The translations under genes and the position numbers were made by a program. The notes beneath the pieces were generated by a model. That model worked only from the letters and a program-made list of their open reading frames with translations, did no database searches and was not told the DNA's origin. Shown here piece by piece: positions 52,273 through 62,471 of a stretch of DNA of 64,000 nucleotides (position 1 is the stretch's first letter; every line of letters begins with the position of its first letter). Source of the DNA: Pelagomonas calceolata. Taxonomy: Eukaryota. The stretch is from assembly GCA_918797485.1 (NCBI GenBank), contig CAKKNE010000004.1:5022001-5086000 (forward strand), in the 5' to 3' direction.

Positions 52273-53914
52273 ATGACGCTCCTCGCCGCTGTGCGCGGGC
52301 TGACGCCGCCAGCGAGGAGGCACGGCGTGTCGTGCCTCAGCGCGGCGGCCGGCGGCGGTCGCGCCAGCGCGGCGGTCGAGCAAAAGAAGGCACGCCCAGC
52401 GAGCACGGAGAAGCTCGACCTCGCGCCGCCGCGCGGCACGCGCGACGTCTACCCCGAGGACATGCGCGTCCGGAACTGGCTCTTCGGCAAGTGGCGCAGC
52501 ACGGCGAAGGCGTTCGGCTTTGAGGAGTACGACGCGCCCGTGCTGGAGAACGAGGCGTTGTACGTGCGCAAGGCGGGGGAAGAAGTCACGCAGCAGCTCT
52601 ACAACTTCGAGGACAAGGGCGGCCGCCGCGTCGCGCTGCGGCCGGAGATGACGCCCTCGCTGGCGCGGATGGTCATGGCCCGGAAGCCGACGCCGCCGCT
52701 CAAGTGGTTCTCGATCCCGCAGTGCTGGCGCTACGAGCGGACCACGAGGGGACGGCGGCGGGAGCACTACCAGTCGAACGCCGCGTAGACATCACGCGTC
52801 GAGGCGCCCCGGCGGCGCGGCGTCCGCTCGACGGCGGGCGAGGGGGGGGGGGACGCTCGCGAAGGACCGAGACGCCGTCGCAGGTGGAACATGGACATCT
52901 GGGGCGTCGACGGCGCCGCGGCGGAGGCGGAGGCCCTGGCGGCCATGGTCTCGTTCATGGAGAGCGTCGGCCTGACCTCGGACGACGTGGGCATCAAGGT
53001 CAACTCGCGCGCCGTGCTGGCGGAGCTCCTGGCGCGGACGTGCGGCGTCGACGCCGCGGCGGACGCGGCGCGCTTCGCGGCGTGCTGCGTGCTGGTCGAC
53101 AAGCTGGAGAAGGTGCCGCCCGAGGCGCTGCACGGCGACTTCGGCGCGCTCGGCGTGGCGGCGGCCGACGTCGACGCGCTGGCCGCCGTGCTCCGGGACG
53201 CGGCCGACGCCGGCGGCTCGCTCGCGGCCCTCGAGGCGCTGATCGGCGACGGGCCCGCCCTGTCGAACCTGCGGGCGCTCGTCGACCTGGCCGAGGCGGG
53301 CGGCTTCGGGGACTGGATCGTGGTCGACGCGTCGGTCGTCCGAGGGCTCGCGTACTACACGGGCGTCGTGTTCGAGGCCTTCGACCGCCAGGGGGCGCTG
53401 CGGGCCATCGCGGGGGGCGGGCGGTACGACCGGCTCCTCGAGACGTTCGGGGGGGACCCCCTGCCCGCCGTCGGCTTCGGCTTCGGCGACGCCGTGATCA
53501 TGGAGCTGCTCGAGGAAAAAAAGCTCGTCCCGGAGACGTCGGCGGGCGTCGACGTCGTCGCCTTCGCGCTGGCGACGGGCGACGGCGACGAGGACGCCGC
53601 GTCCCTCAAGGCGCTCGCGGGCGTCGCGGCGACGCTGCGATCGTGCGCTGCTGTGTGTGCAGATCCGACGGCGCGGGGCGCCCGAACTTTGGTTTCCACG
53701 CAGGAGCGGCGCCTCGGTCGACGTCGTCCTCGAGCCCAAGAAGCCCAAGTGGGCCTTCAAGCACGCCGACCGGCGCAATGCCAAGGCCGCAGTCATGCTC
53801 GCGCCCTCCGAGTGGGCCGAGGGCCGGCTCGTCGCGAAGGACCTGAAGACGGGCGACCAGGCCGATGTCGTAGTGGAGGAGCTAGCGGCGTGGGTGGGGG
53901 CAAGGGAGGACTAA
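52273..53914 (+). CDS. hisS: Histidine-tRNA ligase, organellar/bacterial type; introns 52773-52883 and 53643-53703
   Basis: [50 protein letters not shown]. Confidence 0.93.
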
Positions 53915-54080
53915 AATATGCAGTGACCACATTTAGATCGCAGCCACTGGCAGCGAGGTCTGCGCGTCGGCGCTTCACGAAACCGCGTCGGCGCACAGGT
54001 AAACAATTTATTCATGCGGGTACGCGCTGATCGCGTCGCAGCCCCCGCGCCGGGAATTGGGTGTCGCGTCGGTGGTCTGC

Positions 54081-55454
54081 TCAGAAAACGCAGGCACACC
54101 CCCGGGCGACCTCCCACGCCTCGGACGCGAGGCCGCCGGGCCATGGCAAGACGACGGCCGCCCCGAAGGAGGCGACCCGACACGACACGGCCAACCCGAG
54201 CGCGACGCGGTCGATCGGGGCGGCGCACGTGCGCGCCGCCGCGGCGTGCCAGTCGCCGCCCGCGGCGACCGCCCCGTCCGCGCGACACAGGAGCCGGACC
54301 GTCGCGCGGGCGCCCGTCGCCGCGAGGACGCCCTCGAATCCGCTCGGGGCGCCGTCGACGAGCGCGCGCAGCGCCCGTGCGTCCGGTTCCAAATCCACGG
54401 CGAACTCGTCGCGCGGCGCGAGCGCCACCTCGACGGCCGCCGTCGACGCCCGGGACGCCTCGCGCCACCGCGTCGCGCGGAAGTCGGCCACGAGGTGCCT
54501 CCGCCCCGGCAGCGGCCGCGGGCGGATGGTTACCGTCATCGCGTCGTCGGGCGACGGGTTCCGCACGAAGAGGACGACCTCGTAGGCCACGGCCGCGCCG
54601 TCGCGCCGCCAGCGCGGCGCCCGCGCGAACGCCAGCGTCGGCACCTGCGTGCGACGGCCGCGTCGACGGCGCTCGCGACGTCCCGGGCTCCGAGGGGGGG
54701 GAGGCGGACGCCGGCCGCCGACCGTCCGGTGCGCGGACGCGTCCTTGCGGTGCCGGCCGCCCGCGCCGCCCGCCGACGAGTCGCCGTCGAGCGGGTGCGG
54801 CCGCGGCTTGCGGAGGATGCCCGCGCGGCCCGCCTCCACGTCGGCGACGCGGCGGCGCGTGACCGCGGCCCGCAGCTGCGGCCGAGTCGGCGCCAAACGC
54901 TGGCGGGCGTCCGGCGCGAGGGGCTGCCGCAGGCGCGCCTCCAGCGGCTCCGGCAGCGGGTCGCGCAGCGCCCGCGCCTCGGCGTCGTCGTCGCGCGACG
55001 CGCCCTCCGCGCCCGCGCCGCCGAAGCCGGAGGCCCGCAGCCGCGCCAGCGCCGCCGCGAAGGCCGCGGCCCGCGGCGCCTCGGCCTCGCGCTGCGCCAG
55101 CTTCATCGCGAGGTGGAGGTCGTCCTCGCCGTCCTCCAGGTCGACGGCCCTCGACGTCCACGCGCACGACGCGCACGCGTAGTGCCACGTGCCGTCGCGC
55201 ACCGCACGCAGCGTCGTGCCGCAGCGCGGGCAGTCCGCGCAGGCGTCGGACCGACCAAAGGCGGCGTCCGCGTCGCTCTGCGCGACCGGCTCGAGCGCGC
55301 GCGGGCAGTACAGCGAGTCGACCTCGGCGCTACTCGCCCCGAGGGCCCGACTGACGAGCTCCTTGGCCTCCGCGCTGTAAAAGAAATCGCCCACGGGCGC
55401 ATATCTGTGCTCTGGGTCGCCGTACAACACGAGAGCGAGGGGCGGCGGGGCCAT
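54081..55454 (-). CDS. DCTN4: Dynactin subunit 4 (p62)-like; in-frame intron ~54645-54722
   Basis: EVDSLYCP..LE, CADCPRCGTTL, YACASCAWTS. Confidence 0.75.
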   Translation of the reverse strand: MAPPPLALVLYGDPEHRYAPVGDFFYSAEAKELVSRALGASSAEVDSLYCPRALEPVAQSDADAAFGRSDACADCPRCGTTLRAVRDGTWHYACASCAWTSRAVDLEDGEDDLHLAMKLAQREAEAPRAAAFAAALARLRASGFGGAGAEGASRDDDAEARALRDPLPEPLEARLRQPLAPDARQRLAPTRPQLRAAVTRRRVADVEAGRAGILRKPRPHPLDGDSSAGGAGGRHRKDASAHRTVGGRRPPPPPRSPGRRERRRRGRRTQVPTLAFARAPRWRRDGAAVAYEVVLFVRNPSPDDAMTVTIRPRPLPGRRHLVADFRATRWREASRASTAAVEVALAPRDEFAVDLEPDARALRALVDGAPSGFEGVLAATGARATVRLLCRADGAVAAGGDWHAAAARTCAAPIDRVALGLAVSCRVASFGAAVVLPWPGGLASEAWEVARGCACVF

Positions 55455-57211
55455 TTATTGACGCTCGAGTATGGGCGCGCCTGTCACGCGCGACGCTCTG
55501 CGTGCAGGGCTAGCGGACTGTAAGACACTAGCAAGTCAAACTCGGAACGCGGCATGCAGCCGTTTGAGTACCGCTCAGTTCGCTACTGGTCCAAAGAGAT
55601 CAATGGGACAAGTACTGGGGGCCGGAAAAGGAATTTTTTTTAATTCGCGACCGAGGGCGCCCTACGGTCTATGGCGGCCACGCCGGTTTAATCCTGTCAA
55701 TCCCTGTCCAATAGGTGTCCCTGGGGTCGCCTAGGGTCGGTACTATACACGTGCACGCGCCTACACCGCATACGCCGCCGCTTCAAGCATTTTTGGTCGA
55801 TTTCTCTCAGCAGGCCACAGAGGAATAGCAACTTTTATGCCTTTGTTGCTTCCAGGGCTCTCCGAGAACACTTGGCTGCTGCATCGACGGCGTATGCGGC
55901 GCAGGCACTTACCCACTACCAGACCTACCCCGTGAGGCCTCCAGGAGCCGATCTGCCCCCGAAAAAAGTAACTAATTTGGACCCGATGGCGCCCCGTTCC
56001 CGTCAAAAACGTCAATTACCCGAGGGCCCCCAGTAGTCGCCGTAGCGGTCCCGTCGGACCCCATACTACCCCATCGATAGTCAATTACAAGTATATGACT
56101 TCTACACGACGAGAAGGATACTTTTGGCTGCCCACGCTCGGGACATGAACATCTTTATCTGGACCTCGCGTAAGTCCGTCGATCATGGAACAAATGATTG
56201 CGCCAAGGTCCATGGTAATGGTACACGCGCTGATGGCCGCAGGTCTGAGTCTGGAGCCAAATATAGCCAGATGGTGGGCTCGCGAGACCGACGACCCGCG
56301 CCAAGCATCTTGGGGTCTCGGAGCAATGTAGTACACAATCAAGCCGGTTAGATGGCCCGTCCTAGTACTAAAGCGCCTGAAACGCAAATTTATTTCATAA
56401 CTCACGGGTCTGGGGCCTTTCCAGTGCCCCGCGTACGCACCGTCGCCCGCGGAGAACGGGCAAGTCGGTCGATCGTGAATAGAACAACGGCGTTATGGTC
56501 CATCTGGGTGGTGGCGTCGCTGATATTCGCGGGTTTAGCTTATTTGGCCATCTTCACCTAAACGTGGGGTCGTGAAGACGACGAATCGCGCGGCTCTAAC
56601 GGAATATCTAAAATAGCTCAGTGGGCGCTGATGCGGGTTGGATGGACTCTACCACTAACAAACGGAAGGAAACGAACATAAACTCGGGAGTTGTCTAGTA
56701 TAATTCTTTTCCCGCCCTCCGAGCGCGGGCCGTCGGCTCCGGTTCCGTCGAATGTGTATGAAAACTGGGCTGGAGCTGATATGATGTACTATCTGGAGGG
56801 TGGATGGCGTCGTCAATCGCTGGTGTATTTTGGTGAGCCGCAAGACCTAGCGATCTAGCGTATCGACACACTAGAAACCCGTTTTAGTGTTTTTGGGAGA
56901 TTGGAGATTGGGACGTCATTTTAGGGGTACATTGGAGATTGGAGAGCTCTGGAAGGGTATGATTGGAGAATGGAGGTATTTATAATCCAATGCCCGTCTT
57001 GTCGTACATACCCCTCAGGCTTGAGTACTCTCCCCTCCGCGCTGCAGCCAAGAGGTTTGGGACAAGCAGACAGGGCCACGATACGACGGCAATTTCGCCG
57101 CGGCGCCTCTTGCATCGCCGCTTGCACCGCCGCGCTTTTTTAGTGGCTCTCTGAAATCTCAGGGTAAACTTTACGTGACCGCTTAAGTACTCTCTCTCAA
57201 CTTTACGAGCC

Positions 57212-58222
57212 ATGTCTACCTCCGCGGAGGCCGAGCTCAACGCGCTACGCCAGCTCTTCGCTCAGCAATCACAAGAGCTCCAAAAGGAGCGGGCGACGTC
57301 CGCCCGTCTCCGACTCGAGAACGAAGCCCTCCGAGCCAGCCGGGCCGCAACCGCGCCCCCGGACTACGCCGAGGCCAAGACCCCTGACGGGGCCAATCCC
57401 GCCCCCGCGGCCTTCGCGATCGGCCCCCCACCTCCGCGGCGGCGAACGCTCCGAGCCGACGAGCGCGAGGCCGCCGCCCCGCACGCGAGACCGGGCTGGG
57501 CGCCGGAGTCGTGGAGCCAAGGGGCGGCGCCGGCCCCGGTGTCGCCCATCGCGCGCGGGCCCGGCGCTCAGCGACCGCCGTCGCCACCGACGCGGCCGCC
57601 GTCGCCGCCGGGGCCCTCGACGTCGCCCGACGCGGAGCTGTGGCGCGACGTCGAGAGCGGCAAGCGCCTGACGCCGCGCAACGTCAAGATGGCCTACCCG
57701 CAGCTCGGCGAAGCGCAGGTCGCGGCGCTCGCGACGACGGTCGTGCGGCGCCCGGCGTCGGGCGGCGCGGCGGCGGCGAACCTCACGACCTACTTGAAGA
57801 CGGACCTCGACGCGCTCGTGGCCGCGCGGGACGCGCGCGACCCCGTCTGGCTCGAGGTGACGTCCGGCAGCCGCGTCACGCGCGGCTCGATCCGCCACCT
57901 CTACCCGGGCCTCTCGGACGCCGACGTCGCGACGCTGCCGAAGGCCGTCGCGAACAAGCCCATGGGCCCGAACCAGTCGGCGCGCCAGGTCTACACGTAC
58001 CTGCGGCGCGACGTGGACGCTTTGGCGGGGGCGCGCCTGCCGACGGTCGCGGACGCGGGGGAAATATCGCCGCGGTCTCCGGCGCCGAAGAAGAGCCGCG
58101 CCTCGTCGAAGAGCCGCGCGTCGACGCGGGGGCGCATCCGCGCCGTCGACGAGGAGGGCGGCGCCAAGCGCTCCGGTAGCGTGCTGGACCTCCTGGCCAA
58201 CGCCGCCGCCCAGACGGGATAA
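57212..58222 (+). CDS. Hypothetical protein: coiled coil, Pro-rich linker and two ~70-aa internal repeats
   Basis: W.dV.SG.R.T...yP.L..A.Va.L...tYL..D.DAL occurs twice. Confidence 0.7.
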   Translation: MSTSAEAELNALRQLFAQQSQELQKERATSARLRLENEALRASRAATAPPDYAEAKTPDGANPAPAAFAIGPPPPRRRTLRADEREAAAPHARPGWAPESWSQGAAPAPVSPIARGPGAQRPPSPPTRPPSPPGPSTSPDAELWRDVESGKRLTPRNVKMAYPQLGEAQVAALATTVVRRPASGGAAAANLTTYLKTDLDALVAARDARDPVWLEVTSGSRVTRGSIRHLYPGLSDADVATLPKAVANKPMGPNQSARQVYTYLRRDVDALAGARLPTVADAGEISPRSPAPKKSRASSKSRASTRGRIRAVDEEGGAKRSGSVLDLLANAAAQTG

Positions 58223-58495
58223 TCTCCGCAGCCCGCCGTCATTCGGACACCCTCCTCGCCGCACCGCGAAAAATATCCCACATTTAAAAGTAATTCTAAA
58301 AGTAGTATGCGGCCCCGGGCCCCCCGGCGGGCCTAGAAAAAGGACTAAGCTCCTTTAGAAGAGCCTCCTCCCTGCTCGGTCAGGATGCCCAGCCGGATCG
58401 AGGGGCGAAGGGCAAGCAGTGGGCCCACACGCATGGCTCGCGAGACTTAAGAACGGTAACGTAGTTTAGATGAACCAGGGCACAAGAAGCGAAGG

Positions 58496-59458
58496 CTAGT
58501 CCTTCATCTCGTCCTTGCCCTCGTCCTTGCCCTCCTCGCGCTCGCGCTCGATGCGCGCGCACATCGCGTCGAGCGCCTCGTCCGGCAGCGTCGTTTCCGA
58601 ACGCGTGCCGTCTTCCGCGATTTTAAGCACGACGACCTCCATGTTCTTGGCGCCCGAGTCGACGACCTCCAGTAACGTCTTGACGCACAACTCCACGCAG
58701 TCGTCGTCCGCGAGGTCGCCCTTCCACTCCTTCTCGAGGTACTCGCGCATGGACTTGGCGTTCCGGCCCCCGATGGCGTTCGCCGACCAGCGGAAGTACG
58801 TGCCGGACGGGTCGATCTGGTACATCACGGGCTTTCGCGTCGCCTGCGCGCGCGGCCGGGCGGTCGCGCGCGTCCCGCGTCCCGCGCCGCCCCCGCGACG
58901 CCGCCGCCGCGGCGCGACACGCTGAAGGCGCGCCGCGGACGCCGCCGCTCGCCGACTCGAACCCGGCCAGGAGCGACGAGACGCCGAACGGCCGCACGCC
59001 GCCCCGTTGGGTGTAGCGCTGCTGCGTCCGCGCGAGAAACCGCGCCATGTACTCGACCGACGGGGCGTCCTCGCACGTCAGGCGGTAGGACTGCGCCTCG
59101 ATGCGCGCTTTCTGCACGAGCACGCGCGCGTCCGCCTGCGGGGGGGGCTCGGTGAGGCGCGGCGGCCCCGGCGTCGCTCCGTGCGGGCGAGGACGTGTCG
59201 TTCGCGGACCCCGGGCGCCGCCGTGAGCCCCGCGAAGGCCAGCGTGATCTGGTCGTCGAGCTTGACCACCTTGCGGATGGTGCGCGCCTCCTGGAGCTTG
59301 GCGACGGCCTTCCGCTCCACGCCGAGCGCGACGCAGCTCTTCCCCGTGACGCCGACCGTCGCGGCGCCCTTCTTCACCGCCTCGAACGCGTAATCAATTT
59401 GGAAGAGCTTGCCGTCCGGCGAGAAGATGGTGATCGCGCGGTCGTATTTCGACCCCAT
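58496..59458 (-). CDS. PSMA7: 20S proteasome alpha-4 (alpha type-7) subunit; introns 59136-59221 and 58844-58952
   Basis: [43 protein letters not shown]. Confidence 0.93.
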
Positions 59459-59825
59459 GGTGCCGGCTAGCTCTTTTTTTTTGGCGGCGCCTATAAAGCG
59501 CTGCGGGGCAACGCCACAGCACAGGCGACGGTTTGCTGTGCGTCAGTCTCGCTGTCGCGAAAACGGTCAACCCGCTGGCCTAATAATCGCGGCCGCCTCT
59601 TGCCTAGTGTCTTACAGGCCGCTAGCCGATTGCTGCGCTCGAGCTCGAAATCACTTGCGATCGAGCCCCGGGCCTCCTGAGCTCGCGGGTTTCTACGTCG
59701 ACAGCCATTTTCGAGCTCGTAAACGCCGAAGAGACCTGGAACGCTGACTGCACATTCGAGGAACGCATCCCGCCGTACGAGCCGCCCGTGGGACCAAGAG
59801 GGTGGTCGTAAACCACTAGAATCTG

Positions 59826-60941
59826 ATGTGTGCGGTGCAGCGTGCTTTCGCAGCCCAGACAGCTCGCTGCCACGGTGTACGAGCAGCGCTCGGCACCGGG
59901 TGCAGGGGGCGCGGCCTGTTCGCCTCCGAGGCCATTGCGACCGGCGACGCCGTGATCACCGTACCCCGCGACGTGTGGCGGCCGCTCTCGGCGGAAGCAG
60001 CGCGAGACAAGGCGCCGGCGAACATCGTGGCCGCGCTTCATGACGTCGACGGCCGCGTGGGCGCCGGCGGCCAGCTCGCCAGGGCAATGCTTTGCAGTCT
60101 AAACGTCCTGGCGGACGCGGACAGCGCCTACGTCACGTCGCTGCCTCCGCCGCCATCCGTGCCGGTGCTCTGGGACGCGACGCAATGCGCGGCACTCGAG
60201 GCGTCGCCGCTGCGTGCCAAGGCCGCAGCGACGCGGCGGCTGTGGACCGCGTGCCACGCGTCGCTCCAGCTCAAGCTGGACCTCGAGCCGTTCCTCGGTC
60301 TCGTGGCCTTGGTCCGGTCGAGAGCCTATTCGAGGAGACCGGTCTTCACCATGGTGCCGGTGTTGGAAATGGCGAACCACGACGCGCAACCGAATTGCGA
60401 CCTGCGCTTCGACGAGGCCCAGGGAGCGTTCGCACTTGTCGCCTTGGCGGACGTCGCCGCGGGCGCCGAGCTCACGGTCTCGTATGGTCCCTTGTCAAAC
60501 CTGGAAATTCTCGACGCCTACGGCTTTACGATCCCGTGCAACGAACACGACGGCCTATCGTTCGCCGTCGCCGACGCGTCTGCGGACGTGCTCACGGCGG
60601 GATCCCCCCTCGCGCCGGCGGCGCTCAAGCACTATAGGAGGGCGCGAATGACCACCGAAGACGGGGTGAACGCCGCGGCGCGCGGCCACGCAGGCTCGGG
60701 GGTCGATTACTCCCGACCGCTCACGCTCCGAAACGAGCGGGCGGCCGTCCGCGACGTCATAGCGAGCGTCGAGGAGCGCCTCAGCGCGTATCCATCGTCG
60801 CCGGACGACGACGCGTCGGCTCTCGAAGGCGGGTCGCTCCCGGACTGGGAGCGCGACGCGGTTCGTGTCCGGTTGGGGGAAAAGCTGGCGCTCCTCCAGC
60901 AGCTCGAGCGGGCGGCGACGAGCCTCAAGACGATGAATTAG
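59826..60941 (+). CDS. SET-domain lysine methyltransferase (Rubisco LSMT/SETD3-like)
   Basis: GRGLFA, SRAY, MVPVLEMANH, ELTVSYG..SN..LDAYGF. Confidence 0.88.
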   Translation: MCAVQRAFAAQTARCHGVRAALGTGCRGRGLFASEAIATGDAVITVPRDVWRPLSAEAARDKAPANIVAALHDVDGRVGAGGQLARAMLCSLNVLADADSAYVTSLPPPPSVPVLWDATQCAALEASPLRAKAAATRRLWTACHASLQLKLDLEPFLGLVALVRSRAYSRRPVFTMVPVLEMANHDAQPNCDLRFDEAQGAFALVALADVAAGAELTVSYGPLSNLEILDAYGFTIPCNEHDGLSFAVADASADVLTAGSPLAPAALKHYRRARMTTEDGVNAAARGHAGSGVDYSRPLTLRNERAAVRDVIASVEERLSAYPSSPDDDASALEGGSLPDWERDAVRVRLGEKLALLQQLERAATSLKTMN

Positions 60942-61234
60942 TGTATAATATATGTGTGTCTATTATTTTAAAGAAGCCGCCAAGATACGGGGCAAAGGCC
61001 AGGAATTTAGACGTCGCTGGCGGCCGCCGGCAGGGGCGGTCGCCCGCGTTGGGACTGGAAGACCTCCTGGAAACGACGTACGTACACGTAGGAAAAAACG
61101 ACGCATCAATTCTGCGACGGGGGAAGGAGCGTCGGCCGGATGGCTAGGCGGCCTAGCTCGAAGCAAAGCAATCCTGCGAGTTATCCGCTATACTATACTA
61201 CACGTATAAAAAACAGCCCGCGGCGCGGCCGCCG

Positions 61235-62011
61235 CTAGAGGGCCCCGCTGCCGAGGAGCGGCGCGTCGTCGTCGTCGGGTGCGCAGTCGACGCTCTTGGC
61301 GCACATGCCGCACCAGAAGGCCCACGTCCACCACGCCGTGCCCGCCTCGGCCGTCCGCCACAGGGTCGACGCGCCCTTGGCGCCGAGGGCGGCGGCCACG
61401 AGGATCGCCACCATGCAGTCGACCCACCAGATGTCGGTGGTCTCCTCGATGACCGCGCTGGCGAGCACGCCCGTGGACATGAGGGCGCCGGCCAGGGAGC
61501 ACATGCCGTCCTTGCGCAGCGCCGGGGACTTGATGGCCGTGCCCACGTGGAGCTTGGCGCCGCCCAGCGCGACGAAGAGGACCGTCGACGGCGTGTAGAG
61601 CACGATCAGTTCGACGATGTCGCGGTCGCGCTCGTGCAGGGCGAGCTCGCGGCCCGCGTCCACGCACACGACGACGGCCAGGACGACGAACATGGCGCTG
61701 ATGCCCGCGTCGGCGCGCTTCTCGCGCCGGTCCAGGACGTCCTTCGGGACGCCGTCGCCGCCGCCCGAGAAGCGCCACAGCACCAGGACGCTGCCCAGGA
61801 AGTCGACGCAGTTCTCGAGCGTGTAGCCCAGCGCCGTCGCGCTGTCGGTCTGGCCCGTCGACACGGCGCCCATGATCACGGCGACGCCGGAGGCGACCAG
61901 CGAGACGACGGACAGCTCGTACGCCTCCCGGATGCCCGGCCGCTGCCAGTCGAAGCACCTGGCCCGCTTCTTCGCGGGCGCGTCGAGGTCGCGCGCGCGG
62001 AAGAGCACCAT
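61235..62011 (-). CDS. TMEM163-like cation-efflux membrane protein
   Basis: Six hydrophobic helices; VDFLGSVLVLWRF, RREKRA, SPALRKDG, WWVD. Confidence 0.75.
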   Translation of the reverse strand: MVLFRARDLDAPAKKRARCFDWQRPGIREAYELSVVSLVASGVAVIMGAVSTGQTDSATALGYTLENCVDFLGSVLVLWRFSGGGDGVPKDVLDRREKRADAGISAMFVVLAVVVCVDAGRELALHERDRDIVELIVLYTPSTVLFVALGGAKLHVGTAIKSPALRKDGMCSLAGALMSTGVLASAVIEETTDIWWVDCMVAILVAAALGAKGASTLWRTAEAGTAWWTWAFWCGMCAKSVDCAPDDDDAPLLGSGAL

Positions 62012-62471
62012 GCCGCGCGAGGGCCGGGTTTAGCGAGCGAGAGACCGAGCTCGATGCGGATGCGGCGGCGGGCGGGATGACCGGTTACCCGCCACCCGAC
62101 GCGCCCACGCGTACGCCGGCCGTGGCGTGCAACCCGCACTTGCCCGCGGCGCAGCGCGCCCGCTGCCCCGGTCCCGCAGGCGAGTCCAGGGATCCCGCTG
62201 GTCGCCCTCGACGGGCGCGTTTGGGCCCGACGGCCTGCCAAGACGGCCTGCGCTTTCGTGCGCTTGGTGGGAAGCAATCGAAGCAACAGGTACGGAGGCA
62301 ACTGCGGATCTTAACTCTCGCCGCAATCGTACGACCGTCCGCGACGGGTTACTGTGGCGGCGACGGCGTGTGATGGTTTTTGGTCGGGTATGGTAGGTTT
62401 GGGTATGTATAAAAGTACCTAACAACGCGCTTTTAGGGCGCAGCTTGCCAGCGCCGGCGACGGAAAACGGC

